From Mustelus asterias (lineage: Eukaryota): a DNA stretch of 64,000 nucleotides. Position 1 is the stretch's first letter; every line of letters starts with the position of its first letter. The translations under genes and the position numbers were made by a program. Below are positions 52,000-64,000 of this stretch, one piece after another. The stretch covers positions 1-64,000 of the forward strand of contig NW_027590433.1 of the NCBI RefSeq assembly GCF_964213995.1, in the 5' to 3' direction. The notes below the pieces were generated by a model. The model saw only the letters and a program-made list of their open reading frames with translations, was not told where the DNA came from and searched no databases.

Positions 52000-53843
52000 A
52001 AGAGCTTCTACAAATACATAAAAGGCAAAAGAGTAACAAGGAAGAGAGTAGGGTCTGTTAAGGATCAACTAGGTCATCGATGTGCGGATCCACAACAGCT
52101 GGGTCAGATCCTAAATGAATATTTCTTATAAGTATTTATTGTTGAGAAAAGCATAGATGTTCGGGGCCTTGGGGAAATAAATAGTGATGTCTTGAGGAGT
52201 GTACATATTACTGAGAAGGAGGTGTTGGAAGTCTTAAAGCGCATCAAGGTGGATAAATCCCCGGGATCTGATTAAATGTATCCCAGGACATTGTAGGAGG
52301 CTAGGGAGGAAATTGCGAGTCCCCCAGCAGAGATATTTGAATCATCGACAGTCACAGGTGAGGTGCCTGAAGATTTGAGGGAGGCAAATGTTGTGCCTTT
52401 GTTTTAAAAGGGCTGCAGGGAAAAGCCTGGGAACTCAGGCCAGTAAGCCTCATACCTGTGGTGGGTAAGTTGTAAGGTATTTTGAGAGGCAAGATCTGCA
52501 GGAATTTAGAGACGCAGGAATTGATTAGGGACATTCAGCATGGCTTTGTGAGTGGAAAATCATGTCTCACAAACTTGATTGAGCTTTTTGAAGGGGTAAC
52601 CAAGAAGGTAGATGAGGGCAGTGCAGGTGATGTTGTCTACATGGACTTTAGCAAGGCTTTTCACAAGGTACCGCATGGCAGGTTGTTGCATAAGGTTAAA
52701 TATCATGGGATCCAGGGCGACGTAGCTAAATGGATACAAAATTGGGTTGATGACACAAGCCAGAGGGTAATTGCCGAGGGTTGTTTTTCAAACTGGAGGC
52801 CTGTGACCAGAGGTTTGCCTTCGGGATCAGGACTGGGTCCGCTGTTATTTGTCATTTATATTAATGATTTGGATGAGAATATAGGAGGCATGGTTAGTAA
52901 GTTTCCAGATGACACCAAGATTGGTGGCATAGTGGACAGTGAAGAAGGTTTTCTCGGATTGCAACGGGATCTTGATCAATTGAGCAGTGGGCTGACGAAT
53001 GGCAGATGGAATTTAGTTTAGATAAATGCGAGGTGATGCATTTTGGTAGATTGAACCAGGGCAGGACTTACTCAGTTAATGGTAGGGCGTTGGGGAGAGT
53101 TACAGAACAAAGACATCTAAGGGTACATGTTCATCGCTCCTTGAAAGTAGAGTCACGGGTGGATAGAGTGGTGAAGACGGCATTCAGAATGCTTGTTTTC
53201 TTTGGTTAGAGCACTGAATACAGTAGTTGGGATGTCTTTTTGAAGTTGTACAAGACATTGGTAAGGCCACACTTGGAATACTATGTACAGTTCTGGTCAC
53301 CCTATTATAGAAAGGATATCATTAAACTAGAAAGGTTGGAGACAATGTTTGCTAGGATGCTACCGGGACTTGATGGTTTGAGTTATAAGGAGAGGCTGGA
53401 TAGACTGGGACTTTTTTTCTCTAGAGTGTAGAAGGCTGAGGGGGGATCTAAACTAAATTCCATCTGCCATTCGTCTATAAAATAATGAGGGGCATAGATC
53501 AGCTAGATAGTCAATATATTTTCCCAATGGTGGGGGAGTCTAAAGCTAGAGGCATAGGTTTAAGGTGAGAGGGAGACGTACAAAAGTGTCCTGAGGGGCA
53601 ATTCTTTCACACAGAGGGTGGTGAGTTTCTGGAACAAGCTGCCAGAGGTATTAGTAGACGCGGGTACAATTTTGTCTTTTGAAAAGCATTTAGAAAGTTA
53701 CATGGGTCTGATGGGTATAGAGGGATATGAGCCAAATGCGGGCAATTGGGACTAGCTTCAGGGTTTGAAAAAAAGGGCAGCATGGACAAGTTGGGTCAAA
53801 GGGCCTGTTTCCATGTTGTAAACCTCTATGACTCTATCACTCT
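52000..53843 (+). mobile_element. Degenerate 5'-truncated CR1 LINE
   Basis: RT ORFs 52482-53021, 53006-53209 and 53240-53431; same subfamily as 19613-21270. Confidence 0.92.
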
Positions 53844-54159
53844 ATGGTGCTATCCATTCCTCAGGAAAATGGTTACTCGGGTCGGCTGAAGCATGTTAGC
53901 ATTTTACTGCTCTTTATTTCTATGCATTTTGTTAACCTTGAGCTCTTGACTGTTGTGCGGGAAAGGTTAATCCAAATTAATATCATCACCGCGATATTGA
54001 GCCTGGTCTGCACCGACAGCAGTTATTAGTTCAGTCACTTCAGTTGCAGACGGAGATCTGTACACCGTACAGACAAGGAGGAGTCTGTTGACCTATTGTG
54101 CCTGTGCCAGGACTTCGCATGGGCTATCCAAATAAGTCCACATCCCTGCTCTTTACAAA

Positions 54160-54570
54160 GAGTCCTGAAGGAAACTTGGTCCATCACGCAAACCAGCCTC
54201 CCATCCATTGACTCTGTCTACACTTCCCGCTGCCTCAGAAAAGCGCCCGGCATAATCAAGGACCCCACGCACGCCGGGCATACGCTTCTCCACCTTATTC
54301 CGTTGGGAAAAAGAAACGGATGTCTGAGGTCACGTACCAACCGACTCAAGGACAGTTCCTTCCCTGCTACCATCGGACTTTTAAATAGATCTACCATACA
54401 TTAAGCTGTTATTTCTCTACACCCTGGTTTTATTTGTAACACTGCATCCTGCACCCTCACCTGTCCTTCTCCCCTATGTTCTCTATGTATGGTAAGCTTT
54501 GTCTGTATAGCATCCAAGAAACAATACTTTCCACTGCATACCAGTGTATGTGAAAATGCTAAATCAAATT
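54160..54570 (+). mobile_element. Rex1/Babar-type LINE 3' end (related copies at ~45310-45585 and ~61700-62025)
   Basis: IIKDPTHAGHTLLHL...RSRTNRLKDSSFP and an (AAATC)n tail. Confidence 0.7.
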
Positions 54571-55030
54571 TATACAAACCCAAGACAATTCCTCCTTTAC
54601 ATCTTTTGAAACAATATTCAGTTATTTCATTCAGAAAAACAATGAGAGAAATAAAACCTGAAATAGAGGCATGCATTCTAATGAGCATTTTCTAAAATTT
54701 TATACTGTTGACGGATTGCTGAAAATTTATTGTACTGAGCTGGTGCTCCCAGTTTGTCTGATTCTAGGAGCAGCGCTCCGGAAGCTTGTGCTACCAAATA
54801 AACCTGTTGGACTTTAACCTGGTGTTGTGAGAGTTCTTACTGTCATGAATTAGAGCAGAAAGGAGCTCTCAGCTAATTGGATGAATCCAGAGCAAAGAGC
54901 CCAGGAGCTTATTGGATATCAGCTGATGACGCTGCCAGGAATAAACCAATTTGTAGATTGTGGTATCCAATCAGCTCTTTATTCTCTAATCAGTGATCTC
55001 CACTCTTCCGACCATAGGTTCTGTAGGGTG

Positions 55031-55038
55031 TGACGTCA
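55031..55038 (+). promoter_or_regulatory. CRE element of the V promoter
   Basis: TGACGTCA about 90 bp upstream of the leader ATG, followed by CCAAT; CRE is a known TCR V promoter element. Confidence 0.7.
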
Positions 55039-55129
55039 GATCAGCCACAGCCAATGCTCTCAGCTTTATCTTGTTCAACCTTCTGCAGCTGTCGGAGAAA
55101 CAAGTCCCTGGAATCCAGGAGCAGCAGCA

Positions 55130-56186
55130 ATGCGGCTCCCCGTTTTCACTCTGATCTGGGTGACATTCATTGTTGGTAAGGTTAACACTTTAAAAATGAG
55201 TTATTTTCTGGAGGAATAAAGTTGAAAAGCAGGACATTCGTGTTATACAGGTATTGGACATGCCGTAGAACACAAATGAATTCCTGCGAGTGGTTTTAGT
55301 CTTTTGAAAATAGATTTGAAAAGCACACTGAAAAGGCGATTTCGAGAAATGGTACTCGGATTGGGAGGTGAGAGCTATCAGAATGCAAGATTATGATTAC
55401 TTTCTCGACTGACCAAAGAAACTAACGCAAACCTGACTGATCTATTTATAATGATAACGAGGATTGGTGTGGTGGACGGGGAGAGGATGATTCCACTTGT
55501 GGGAGAATTCCAAATATATGTCCCACAATTCCAATGAAACAAAGAGATCAACTGGGAATCGGAGAGAAACAGCTTTAGAAAGAGTTGGATAGAATGTGAC
55601 TCATGTTAACACAATGAACACTTGAGGAGAGGAGCAAAGACTAATTTAAAGGTAAACTAAACTAAACAGCTGAGGAAGAAAGGGACAACTGCATTGAGAA
55701 GAGGCGAGAGGGAGAAATCTCCAGGGGATTGTAAACGGGAACATAGATCAGTTGGAGAGAATGTGGTATGATTCAATACATTCAATACATATTTTTACGT
55801 TACACTGTCAGTGAATTTTCTCCCTTAGTTCAATTGAACTTTTAATCAATGTTTTCTTCCTTTCTTTAACCGTGTGTTTCAGATCTGAGCGATGGAGATT
55901 CTGTTACTCAGCGGGAATCCTCACTCACACGGACAGAGGGAGAAGATGTCACTTTAAACTGCACCTTTACCGACGATGCTTATTATTTATTTTGGTATCG
56001 TCAATACCCAGGCAGACAGCCCGAGTTTGTAGTCCGGAGAGACAAGAACGGCGGTTTTGAATTAAAGGCGGATTTCGCTCGGACCCGGTTTTCTGATTCA
56101 GTCCAGCAGTCAGACAATTTGTACCGAGTGACTATTTCGGAGTTGCGGCTGTCTGACACTGCGGTCTATTACTGTGCACAGAGACT
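55130..56186 (+). CDS. Intact TCR V alpha/delta gene (leader 55130-55175; V exon 55883-56186; 23-RSS 56187-56225)
   Basis: Leader MRLPVFTLIWVTFIV with donor GTAAGG. V: DLSDGDSVTQRESSLTRTEGEDVTLNCTFTDDAYYLFWYRQYPGRQPEFVVRRDKNGGFELKADFARTRFSDSVQQSDNLYRVTISELRLSDTAVYYCAQR. RSS CACAGTG, 23 nt, ACAAAAACT. Confidence 0.95.
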
Positions 56187-57628
56187 CACAGTGATGAGAA
56201 CGAGTGAAATCCTCGTACAAAAACTGCCGCAGGTTTCTGAGTCACAGCTGCTGTCTGTCGAGTGCTGTTTCTAACAGAGGGTTATACACTAACGCGTCAA
56301 TACATTCCTGTGAACGCAAACCAGACCACAATTCACACAAACATCATCTAAAATCGTTCACAGATTCTGTCTGATTATTACATTCACTGTGCAAGGGAAG
56401 AATTAGCTGTTGTTTATTTGGAATCACCGGGAAATCGGCACGAACATTGAGAATTCAAAATGCTGCAGGTAGCCTTGAACTAGTTGTACCCTTGTTCTGA
56501 TGTTTCAAAGAACACTCGGGGCAAAGAAACCAATACTGTTCGGTTTGATATGTCAGTCAATAGTGTAAACTGATGCCCGCCTGCTGAGGCAAATCCTCAT
56601 AATCACAACAGCCTGATTAAACATCTCTCAATGTTACAGTAATGAAATAAAAATATCAACTGGGAATCGAAGAGAAACTTCATTGGAAAGAGTTCGGAAG
56701 AATGTGACTCATATTAACACAATGAACACTTGACACATATTAAAACTAAGAATTCTTAACAGTAAAGGTACAAAAGTTTATTTCAATACATGCTTAGAAT
56801 CCAATGAACAATGATTAATATCTCTATTAATAATCTCTAAGAACAGGTTTGGTGTACTCTAGAGACTGGAACATTTGGTAAGAAAATCGACTGAATGCAA
56901 AAATCTAATTGAGAAGAGCGTCAGAAAGTTCCTGAAGGACAACTAGGGATGGGCAATAAATAGCGGCCGAGCCCGCGATGCCCACATGCCCGAAAGTCTT
57001 TCTTTAAAAGTCTGCTGTAATCACCAGAAGTGCTATGGGAAATCGAATCCGCGGGATAAGTCTTTATGCTCAGACAAATATTTTGTTGGGATATGGGCCA
57101 AATGCGGGCAATTGGGACTTGCATAGTGGTTAGAAAAGGGTAGCATGGACAAGTTGGGCAGAAGGGTCTGTTTCCATGCTGTAAACCTCTATGACTCTGT
57201 GACTACTTCCATATCCGTTATTTCCCTGAATATCCACAAATCTATCAACTGCCTTCAAGAAATCAAACGACTGTACAATCATTGCTCTCTTTGACACATA
57301 GAGTGCATTAAAGCGAATGTATGGTTTTTGACTGAGATGATTTTTGAGATATGACTCTGATGAGTTTTATTTCATGTTGTAATAACAGCACCAGAGTCTC
57401 CTATTCAGAGTTGCTCGTAAACGACAGAAACTACTATAAAGAGGGATTTTACATACACTGACAGACATTCAGCACAAAGAACCTGATCATTCGGTTTAAT
57501 TGGTTTTAATGAGATGATTTTGTTTCTATTAACTGTTCACAATCCAGCTCAGAGATCGGATTCAGTGAGAGGAGGTGAGAATGCCTTTGCTGGTTTTTGT
57601 ACGGACTAACTGCGTCTCTGTAACTGCG

Positions 57629-58068
57629 GTTCAGCGCACACTGTTACAGATACACGGCAGAGTCAGAGACACGGACCCCGGTGATATTTAATGAAGCTGT
57701 TTTCTTGTCTCTGTCCAAATTAGCAGAAAACTGGTCCGAAAAATCAGGAGACTTATCCCCCTTCCCCTGGCCGTAACTTTTCAATAAATATCTCGGAGCT
57801 TCTCCGGGATACAGGATGTACCAGAATAGAGTTTGGTCAACGTACTTATCTTTATAACTGCAGTTCAAAATTACCGTCTGTACTTCCTGAACCGTTAATT
57901 CAGGCGGCTCCTGGGAAACTGAAGTTTGGCCATTGGTTCCTGTAACAACATATAGACTGTGTGAGAAATCTGTGAGTGAATATAACCCATTGAACACACA
58001 CTGAGGATTTGAGCTCAGACTCACGGGGCAGCATGTCCATTATTATCAGTAGAACACGCAGGGAACAT
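57629..58068 (-). pseudogene. Inverted TCR V alpha/delta pseudogene (leader 58068-58025; V exon 57939-57629)
   Basis: QTSVSQEPPELTVQEVQTVILNCSY...FWYILYPGEAPRYLL...VSDSAVYL*QCAL; stop before the second Cys; frameshifted leader; RSS CGCAGTT, 21 nt, ACAAAAACC; CRE TGACGTCA at 58223-58230. Confidence 0.9.
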
Positions 58069-59033
58069 GTGGTTCCTGAATGGACAGTAAACAGCGACAC
58101 TGTTTAAAATATGTTGTTGCTTCTAGTCTTATATCACGGAGTAAACTCAGATCAGAGGCAGCTTCAATCATTGGCAAATTGGGGGGTTTTCCCAGTGTTG
58201 CAATTGGCTGGTCGCCTTGAGATGACGTCAGCTGTGGACCAAACACTGCTAGTGGTGGACTAAACACAGCTGGCTCCCTCCAAACACATTCCATCCCGGG
58301 CTGTGTGTGTTTTTCTCACTCTCTTTCTCTCTCCATGAAAGGTGAATAACGTTATCAGTTACACTGTCTCTTTCTCGGTTAACCCTCTTTCGTTCGAACT
58401 CAATATCCCCCTTTTTATAGATAGATTTTTCTTTCTAAATAAAGTTAAAAATGAAATAAATAATTTACCCTCATTTACTCTGTAGGTATTAATGAGTGCA
58501 TCCACTGCATGAACATAATAGTAGTTACTGCTTTATTTATACCGGGGATAAGTAATCACCCAAGTCCACATTGACTTGCGTTTCCACTGGAATTACTCTT
58601 ATACTGGGAAAGTACTGATTCAATCAGTCATTATTTCTGTCCAGAAACTTCAAAATGTGACAAGTCTCAGTGTGCCTTTAATATTGGATCACATTTAACA
58701 GGTTCCCCTGACAGATAGGCATCTGATACAGAAAGATTGGAAGTACTGATTTATTAAGTTATTCACTCGGGACATCTGTGGGTTTTGTGATTGGGATCAG
58801 GAAATGATTGGATTTATCCAGGAATAATCTGAGCGCCAAATGTCACATTTCCCCAACAGTGACAATCACTGACGTTAGGGAGGGAAAGCCACTCAGCTGG
58901 GGCAGCATTGTCAGGTTCATCATCTGTACATTTTCTCTGAAATTCAATGCAATGTGTTTTGCGGACAAGGAACCATTGATTGAGGACCTGCGCCAGTTTT
59001 TGTACGAAGCCCGCGGGATCCTCATTCAGTGTG

Positions 59034-59343
59034 GGTCTCAGTGCACAGTAATACACGGCGTTATCTGTCATCTTCAAATCTTTCATGGACAAGTGAAAAG
59101 TGTTTTGTGTCTCGCTGAGATTCCAGCTGAAATGTTTAAAGCCGGGAGCCGTATCGGTAAATCCATAACTCTCGGCTCTGAGCAGATACTGAGGAGCTCG
59201 GTGTGGATACTGGCGATACCAGAACAGGACATAGACTGTCGGTAAACCCTATACAGAGTAACTGCAGGGTATTGCTGAATCTTCACCCTCTGCTGCTTCA
59301 ACTCTTGGTTCTGACTGGGACACTGAGTCGCCGTTACTCATCT
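59034..59343 (-). pseudogene. Inverted TCR V alpha/delta pseudogene with one CDR1 stop and a good 23-RSS (59033-58995)
   Basis: DSVSQSEPRVEAAEGEDSAIPCSYSV*GLPTVYVLFWYRQYPHRAPQYLL...TDNAVYYCALR; CACACTG, 23 nt, ACAAAAACT; leader-like sequence near 59745-59798 appears out of phase. Confidence 0.92.
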
Positions 59344-59478
59344 CTGAAAATAGACAACAGACACGCAGCGGTTTAGAAGGAGTAACAACAACGGAATAAT
59401 CGCCTAGAAATGGAAATGGGCAATTAATATGGTGATTGGCGGATTTCAGTCAAAGGTTCAAAATGACCGTCCTGTGAT

Positions 59479-59722
59479 CAGGACAATAAGAAGTTTAACA
59501 ACACCAGGTTAAAGTCCAACAGGTTTATTTGGTAGCAAAAGCCACACAAGCTTTCGGAGCTCCAAGCCCCTTCTTCAGGTGAGTGAAGGGGCTTGGAGCT
59601 CCGACAGCTTGTGTGGCTTTTGCTACCAAATAAACCTGTTGGACTTTAACCTGGTGTTGTTAAACTTCTTATTGTGTTTACCCCAGTCCAACGCCGGCAT
59701 CTCCACATCACCAGGACAATAA
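59479..59722. mobile_element. Palindromic Penelope-like terminal fragment with a minimal hammerhead motif, in the V leader intron
   Basis: 91-bp inverted arms (59483-59573 and 59585-59675, one mismatch); CAGGACAATAA duplicated at 59479 and 59712; related fragments at ~45400 and ~54767. Confidence 0.75.
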
Positions 59723-60024
59723 CCAGAGACAGACAGACTTTCACCTCCATAGTTCCAGTCTGAACACCAGAAACAGAGGCAGTGATCACTGTCTGCATAA
59801 GACCTGGAAATGGAGAAGTTGAAACAGTCAGTGGAATGGTATGAGGCCGAAAGTCACTTCGTCTCTCCGCCCATTTTTACATCTTCAAACAGACGCTTCC
59901 TCTCGAAGGGAATCGTGATTTTTCATAAGTGATCAGAGAGCGCCCTCCCGTGGACAGCAATGCCGCATATTGGAAACAGATACACACACGGTCACCTGTA
60001 AAGGCTGATAGATAGATATCTAGA

Positions 60025-61178
60025 TCATAGAATCATAGAATCATAGAATTTGTACAGTACAGAAAAATGCCATTCGGCCCAACGAGTCTGTACCGATCAC
60101 AAACCTACCCAGGCCCTCTTCCCGTAACCTCATACATTAACCCCGCTAATCCCCCTGACACTAGGGTCAGTTTATCATGGCCAATCAAACTAACCTGTAC
60201 ATCTTTGGACTGTTGGAGGAAACTGGAGCACACGGAAGAAACCCACGCAGACACGGGGAGAGCAGATACACACACGGCCACGTGCAAAGACCAACACGTG
60301 TCAGGATATATAAACATATAGATAAAAGCCCAGACACAGACATCAATTCCAATGTCCCTCGTTATAAATCCGGAATTATTCTGTAGATTTCTGACACATT
60401 AGTCTGAGTTGCTAACTATGAAAACACACGAATAACTCCAACTCCGTGTTCACTAGAAGCCTCGTGAACCGCACAGAATCAACAAAAGCATAGACACAGG
60501 GACAAGTAAACACAGTGATCGATTCTCAAACTGATCGACTCAAACATAGACACACAGACAATCACTAAGGAAGATAAACAAACAGACTAAAACAGCCACT
60601 GACACACTCAAGAGAAGTTCACCCATGGACAATGTCAAAAGCGTACTAGCTCCAGAGTAAACTTCCTGAACTGGAATTCCCTGGGGTCGTGTCAGTGCGG
60701 CAATATCGTGTTAGATATTCATTGCGATGGAACTGCCCATTTTAACAACAGGAACAGCCAGAAATCTATTTCTCATCAATGGTGATCATTAATTGATGAC
60801 TCAACAGTGGACACTTTTGGAGAATAAGCAATAATGGATGTATTTATTTTTACAGCCAGACATATTCTGGATGTGTCCATATCATGTTTAAAGTTTATTT
60901 ATTAATGTCACAGCTGGATTACATTAATACTGCAATGAAGTTACTGTGAAAATCCCCTAGTCGCCACACTTCGCCACCTGTTCGGGTACACGAAGGGAGA
61001 AATTTAGCATGGGAATGCACCTAACCAGCACGTCTTTCGGACTGTGGGAGGAAACTGGAGCAAATCCACACAGACACAGGAAGGACGTGCAAACTCCACT
61101 CAGACCCAAGCCAGGAATCGAACCCGAGTCCCTGGCGTTGTGAGGCAGCAGTGTGCCACTGTGCTACCGTGCCACCCC
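60025..61178 (-). mobile_element. Two SINEs (60025-60262 partial; 60888-61178)
   Basis: Reverse complement of the SINE body, head and tails. Confidence 0.8.
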
Positions 61179-62111
61179 GTGTGAGGTCAGTGTAGGTAAG
61201 ACAGATTCCCCACCCATTCTCGAGGTTGCCAGATCGGATGTTTGGGACACAGGAGGACAACACAAGGAGACTGCTTCAGGTATAGGTGATTAATTCTCCT
61301 CTGTTATATTCCACACTCTGGAAAGTTGTGGAGTTAATTAGTTATATTATATATAATTCAGAAATAATGGGGAGATGCTTCATCCGATTAAACTCGTTTT
61401 GTAAATTTTGTAAATTTGTAAATATATGTTTACATTGAAAACTATATTGGGAAGCTATATCCAATACTTCATGCCATTGGGTCAGGGAAACGTTGTTACT
61501 TAAAGCAAACTGTACATGGATTCCACAGAAACTCCTTCTTCAAATGGGGATTGGACAATGACTTGAAAGGGAGAAAAATCAGCTTCATGGAATGAGAGAA
61601 GGAAATTGAAATGAGAACAAAGAACAGTGCAGCACAGGAACAGGCCCTTCGGCCCACCAAGCCCGCACCGATACATCAGTTTGGTAGCTCATCATAATAT
61701 AACTGGCAGAGGCATTAAGGACCCCATGCACTCTGGACATTCTCTCCTTCACCTTCTTCCTTCGGGAAAAAGATACAAAAGTCTGAGGTCACGTACCAAC
61801 CGACTCAAGAATAGCTTCTTCCCTGCTGCTGTCAGACTTTTAAATAGATTTACCTTGCATTAAGTTGATCTTTCTCTACACCCTAGCTATGACTGTAACA
61901 CTGCATTCTGCACACTCTCATTTCCTTCTCTATGAACGGTTTGTTTTGTCTGTATAGCGCAAGGAACAATACTTTTCACTGTATGTTAATACATGTGACA
62001 ATAATAAATCAAATCAAATCAAAATCATTCTTGGATCAATATGTCGACAGCAGTCCCAATGAGTGTTGCAACATTTCAAGAGAGTCCCATTGGGTCCTAC
62101 GGACGCCAGCA

Positions 62112-62190
62112 GTTTCTGTAGTGTATTCACCTCATTGGTTGCATTCACCTCACACACAAAAGGTCCCTAGTTCAAAACCATGCCGAATTA
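62112..62190 (+). pseudogene. tRNA-Val(CAC)-derived pseudogene
   Basis: GTTTCTGTAGTGTA...TTCACCTCACACACAAAAGGTCCCTAGTTCAAAACC matches vertebrate tRNA-Val with CpG decay and a disrupted D-arm. Confidence 0.75.
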
Positions 62191-62995
62191 TTAAAATTTG
62201 TTCATTAAGGGTGAGGGAGGTTTACATGATTGAAATTTGTTGCTGAACATTATCCGAAACTCAATATTAAAGCCATGTTATCTTTGCTCTGACCTCGGCC
62301 TCAAAATCTTTCAGCAAAATCAGAGATCTTGTATTTTTATGACGCAATGAGAGGAAATAGATGTTCCTGTTTTGACACCATGGACATATCAGCAACTCAT
62401 TCAGTCCACGACAGAATTTAATGGCTTTGTTGATGCAGACTAACAAAGTGAATCATCACCTGAACCATGTCTAATAGTATTGTGTGCTCAAAAAGGCAGA
62501 CACAAGTGAAACTGTAACTGAACTAGAGGAAATGGCGCACATTGCGCGGAACCATTATTTTAACGTCGTTCTTCAGAGTAAAGAAATAGGGAAAACCACT
62601 CAGACAGTTGAGGAAATCGAGAATCAGTGCGGATCTACTGGACTTTCCTGCAGCTGAACGGGATTTAGACGCCTGAGTGTTTCACACACAGAATAAAGGG
62701 GGATCAAGTATAACTAACAAGTCATTCTTAAATCTATTCCCTTTAAAGATATTTAATTTTGTTTAAAAGCTGATTGTGGTCAATCTCAATGAAGCACCGT
62801 GACATGTGTATTACCCAGTGACTCGATTCCTTTTGTTGGTCAGTCATGTTTGCAATTCAATGTTGCCTATTTCGGAGACATTTCATTCAGAATGAGGAGA
62901 TATGTAATGAATAAAAATATATTAATATTAAACATTGAACAGCGAATAAATATTGGGTAGAACTGGTTGAAATTATTCGAAGGAAGATGAGAATG

Positions 62996-64000
62996 ATAGA
63001 ACATAGAACATAGAACAGTACAGCACAGAACAGGCCCTTCGGCCCACGATGTTGTGCCGAGCTTTATCTGAAACCAAGATCAAGCTATCCCACTCCCTAT
63101 CATCCTGGTGTGCTCCATGTGCCTATCCAATAACCGCTTAAATGTTCCCAAAGTGTCCGACCCCACCATCACTGCAGGCAGCCCATTCCACACCCCAACC
63201 ACCCTCTGCGTAAAGAACCTACCTCTGATATCCTTCCTATATCTCCCACCATGAACCCTATAGTTATGTCCCCTTGTAATAGCTCCATCCACCCGAGGAA
63301 ATAATCTTTGAACGTTCACTCTATCTATCCCCTTCATCATTTTATAAACCTCTATTAAGTCTCCCCTCAGCCTCCTGCGCTCCAGAGAGAACAGCCCTAG
63401 CTCCCTCAACCTTTCCTCATAAGACCTACCCTCCAAACCAGGCAGCATCCTGGTAAATCTCCTCTGCACTCTTTCCAGCGCTTCCACATCCTTCTTATAG
63501 TGAGGTGACCAGAACAGCTCACAATATTCCAAATGTGGTCTCACCAAGGTCCTGTACAGTTGCAGCATAACCCCACGGCTCTTAAACTCCAACCCACTGT
63601 TAATAAAAAGCTAACACACCATAGGCCTTCTTCACAGCTCTATCCACTTGAGTGGCAACCTTTAGAGATCTGTGGATATGGACCCCAAGATCTCTCTGTT
63701 CCTCCACAGTCTTCAGAACCCTACCTTTGACCCTGTAATCCACATTTAAATTAGTCCTACCAAAATGAATCACCTCACATTTATCAGGGTTAAACTCCAT
63801 TTGCCATTTTTCAGCCCAGCTTTGCATCCTATCTATGTCTCTTTGCAGCCTACAACAGCCCTCCACCTCATCCACTACTCCACCAATCTTGGTGTCATCA
63901 GCAAATTTACTGATCCACCCTTCAGCCACCTCCTCTAAGTCATTAATAAAAATCACAAAGAGCAGAGGCCCAAGCACTGATTCCTGTGGCACTCCGCTAG
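62996..64000 (-). mobile_element. Young CR1 LINE 3' part, continuing beyond the window
   Basis: ORFs 63080-63592 and 63600-63992; near-identical to 21271-22032. Confidence 0.93.

Noticed and set aside
21271-63790. Oppositely oriented near-identical LINE pairs flanking C (21.3/63.0 kb; 19.6/52.1 kb) as inversion breakpoints
   Set aside because: These are abundant subfamilies and I saw no swapped target-site duplications or other breakpoint evidence.
1-64000. CRISPR arrays, prokaryotic operons, rRNA genes or functional tRNA genes
   Set aside because: None seen; tRNA-like motifs are SINE heads and one decayed tRNA-Val.

Overview
Eukaryotic, repeat-rich DNA, almost certainly from a cartilaginous fish (inferred from shark-type tRNA-derived SINEs, CR1 LINEs and the TCR constant sequence). 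The window is part of a T-cell receptor alpha/delta-type locus. On the + strand: (1) a pseudogenised V at 553-872 with a CDR1 cysteine typical of NAR-TCR supporting V-delta, whose 3' end appears already fused to D-like sequence and ends in a 23-RSS; (2) at least 11 J segments with 12-RSS (1.1-15 kb), only 4 of which look intact; (3) an intact delta-type constant gene (Ig exon 22441-22752, connecting peptide 25473-25535, transmembrane exon 25978-26088). Downstream are a candidate T-cell enhancer and CTCF motifs, three inverted V pseudogenes, one intact V in the same orientation as C, and two decayed atypical V-set relics flanking a 12-spacer RSS. The rest is CR1, Tx1, Rex-Babar and Penelope-derived elements, SINEs and CA/TG-rich repeats. 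The main candidate novelty is a delta constant region fed by an expanded alpha-style J array, with no free D seen in the window and a possibly germline-joined V-D(-D) at its head. All calls come from manual reading; family assignments rest on recalled sequences and no searches were run.
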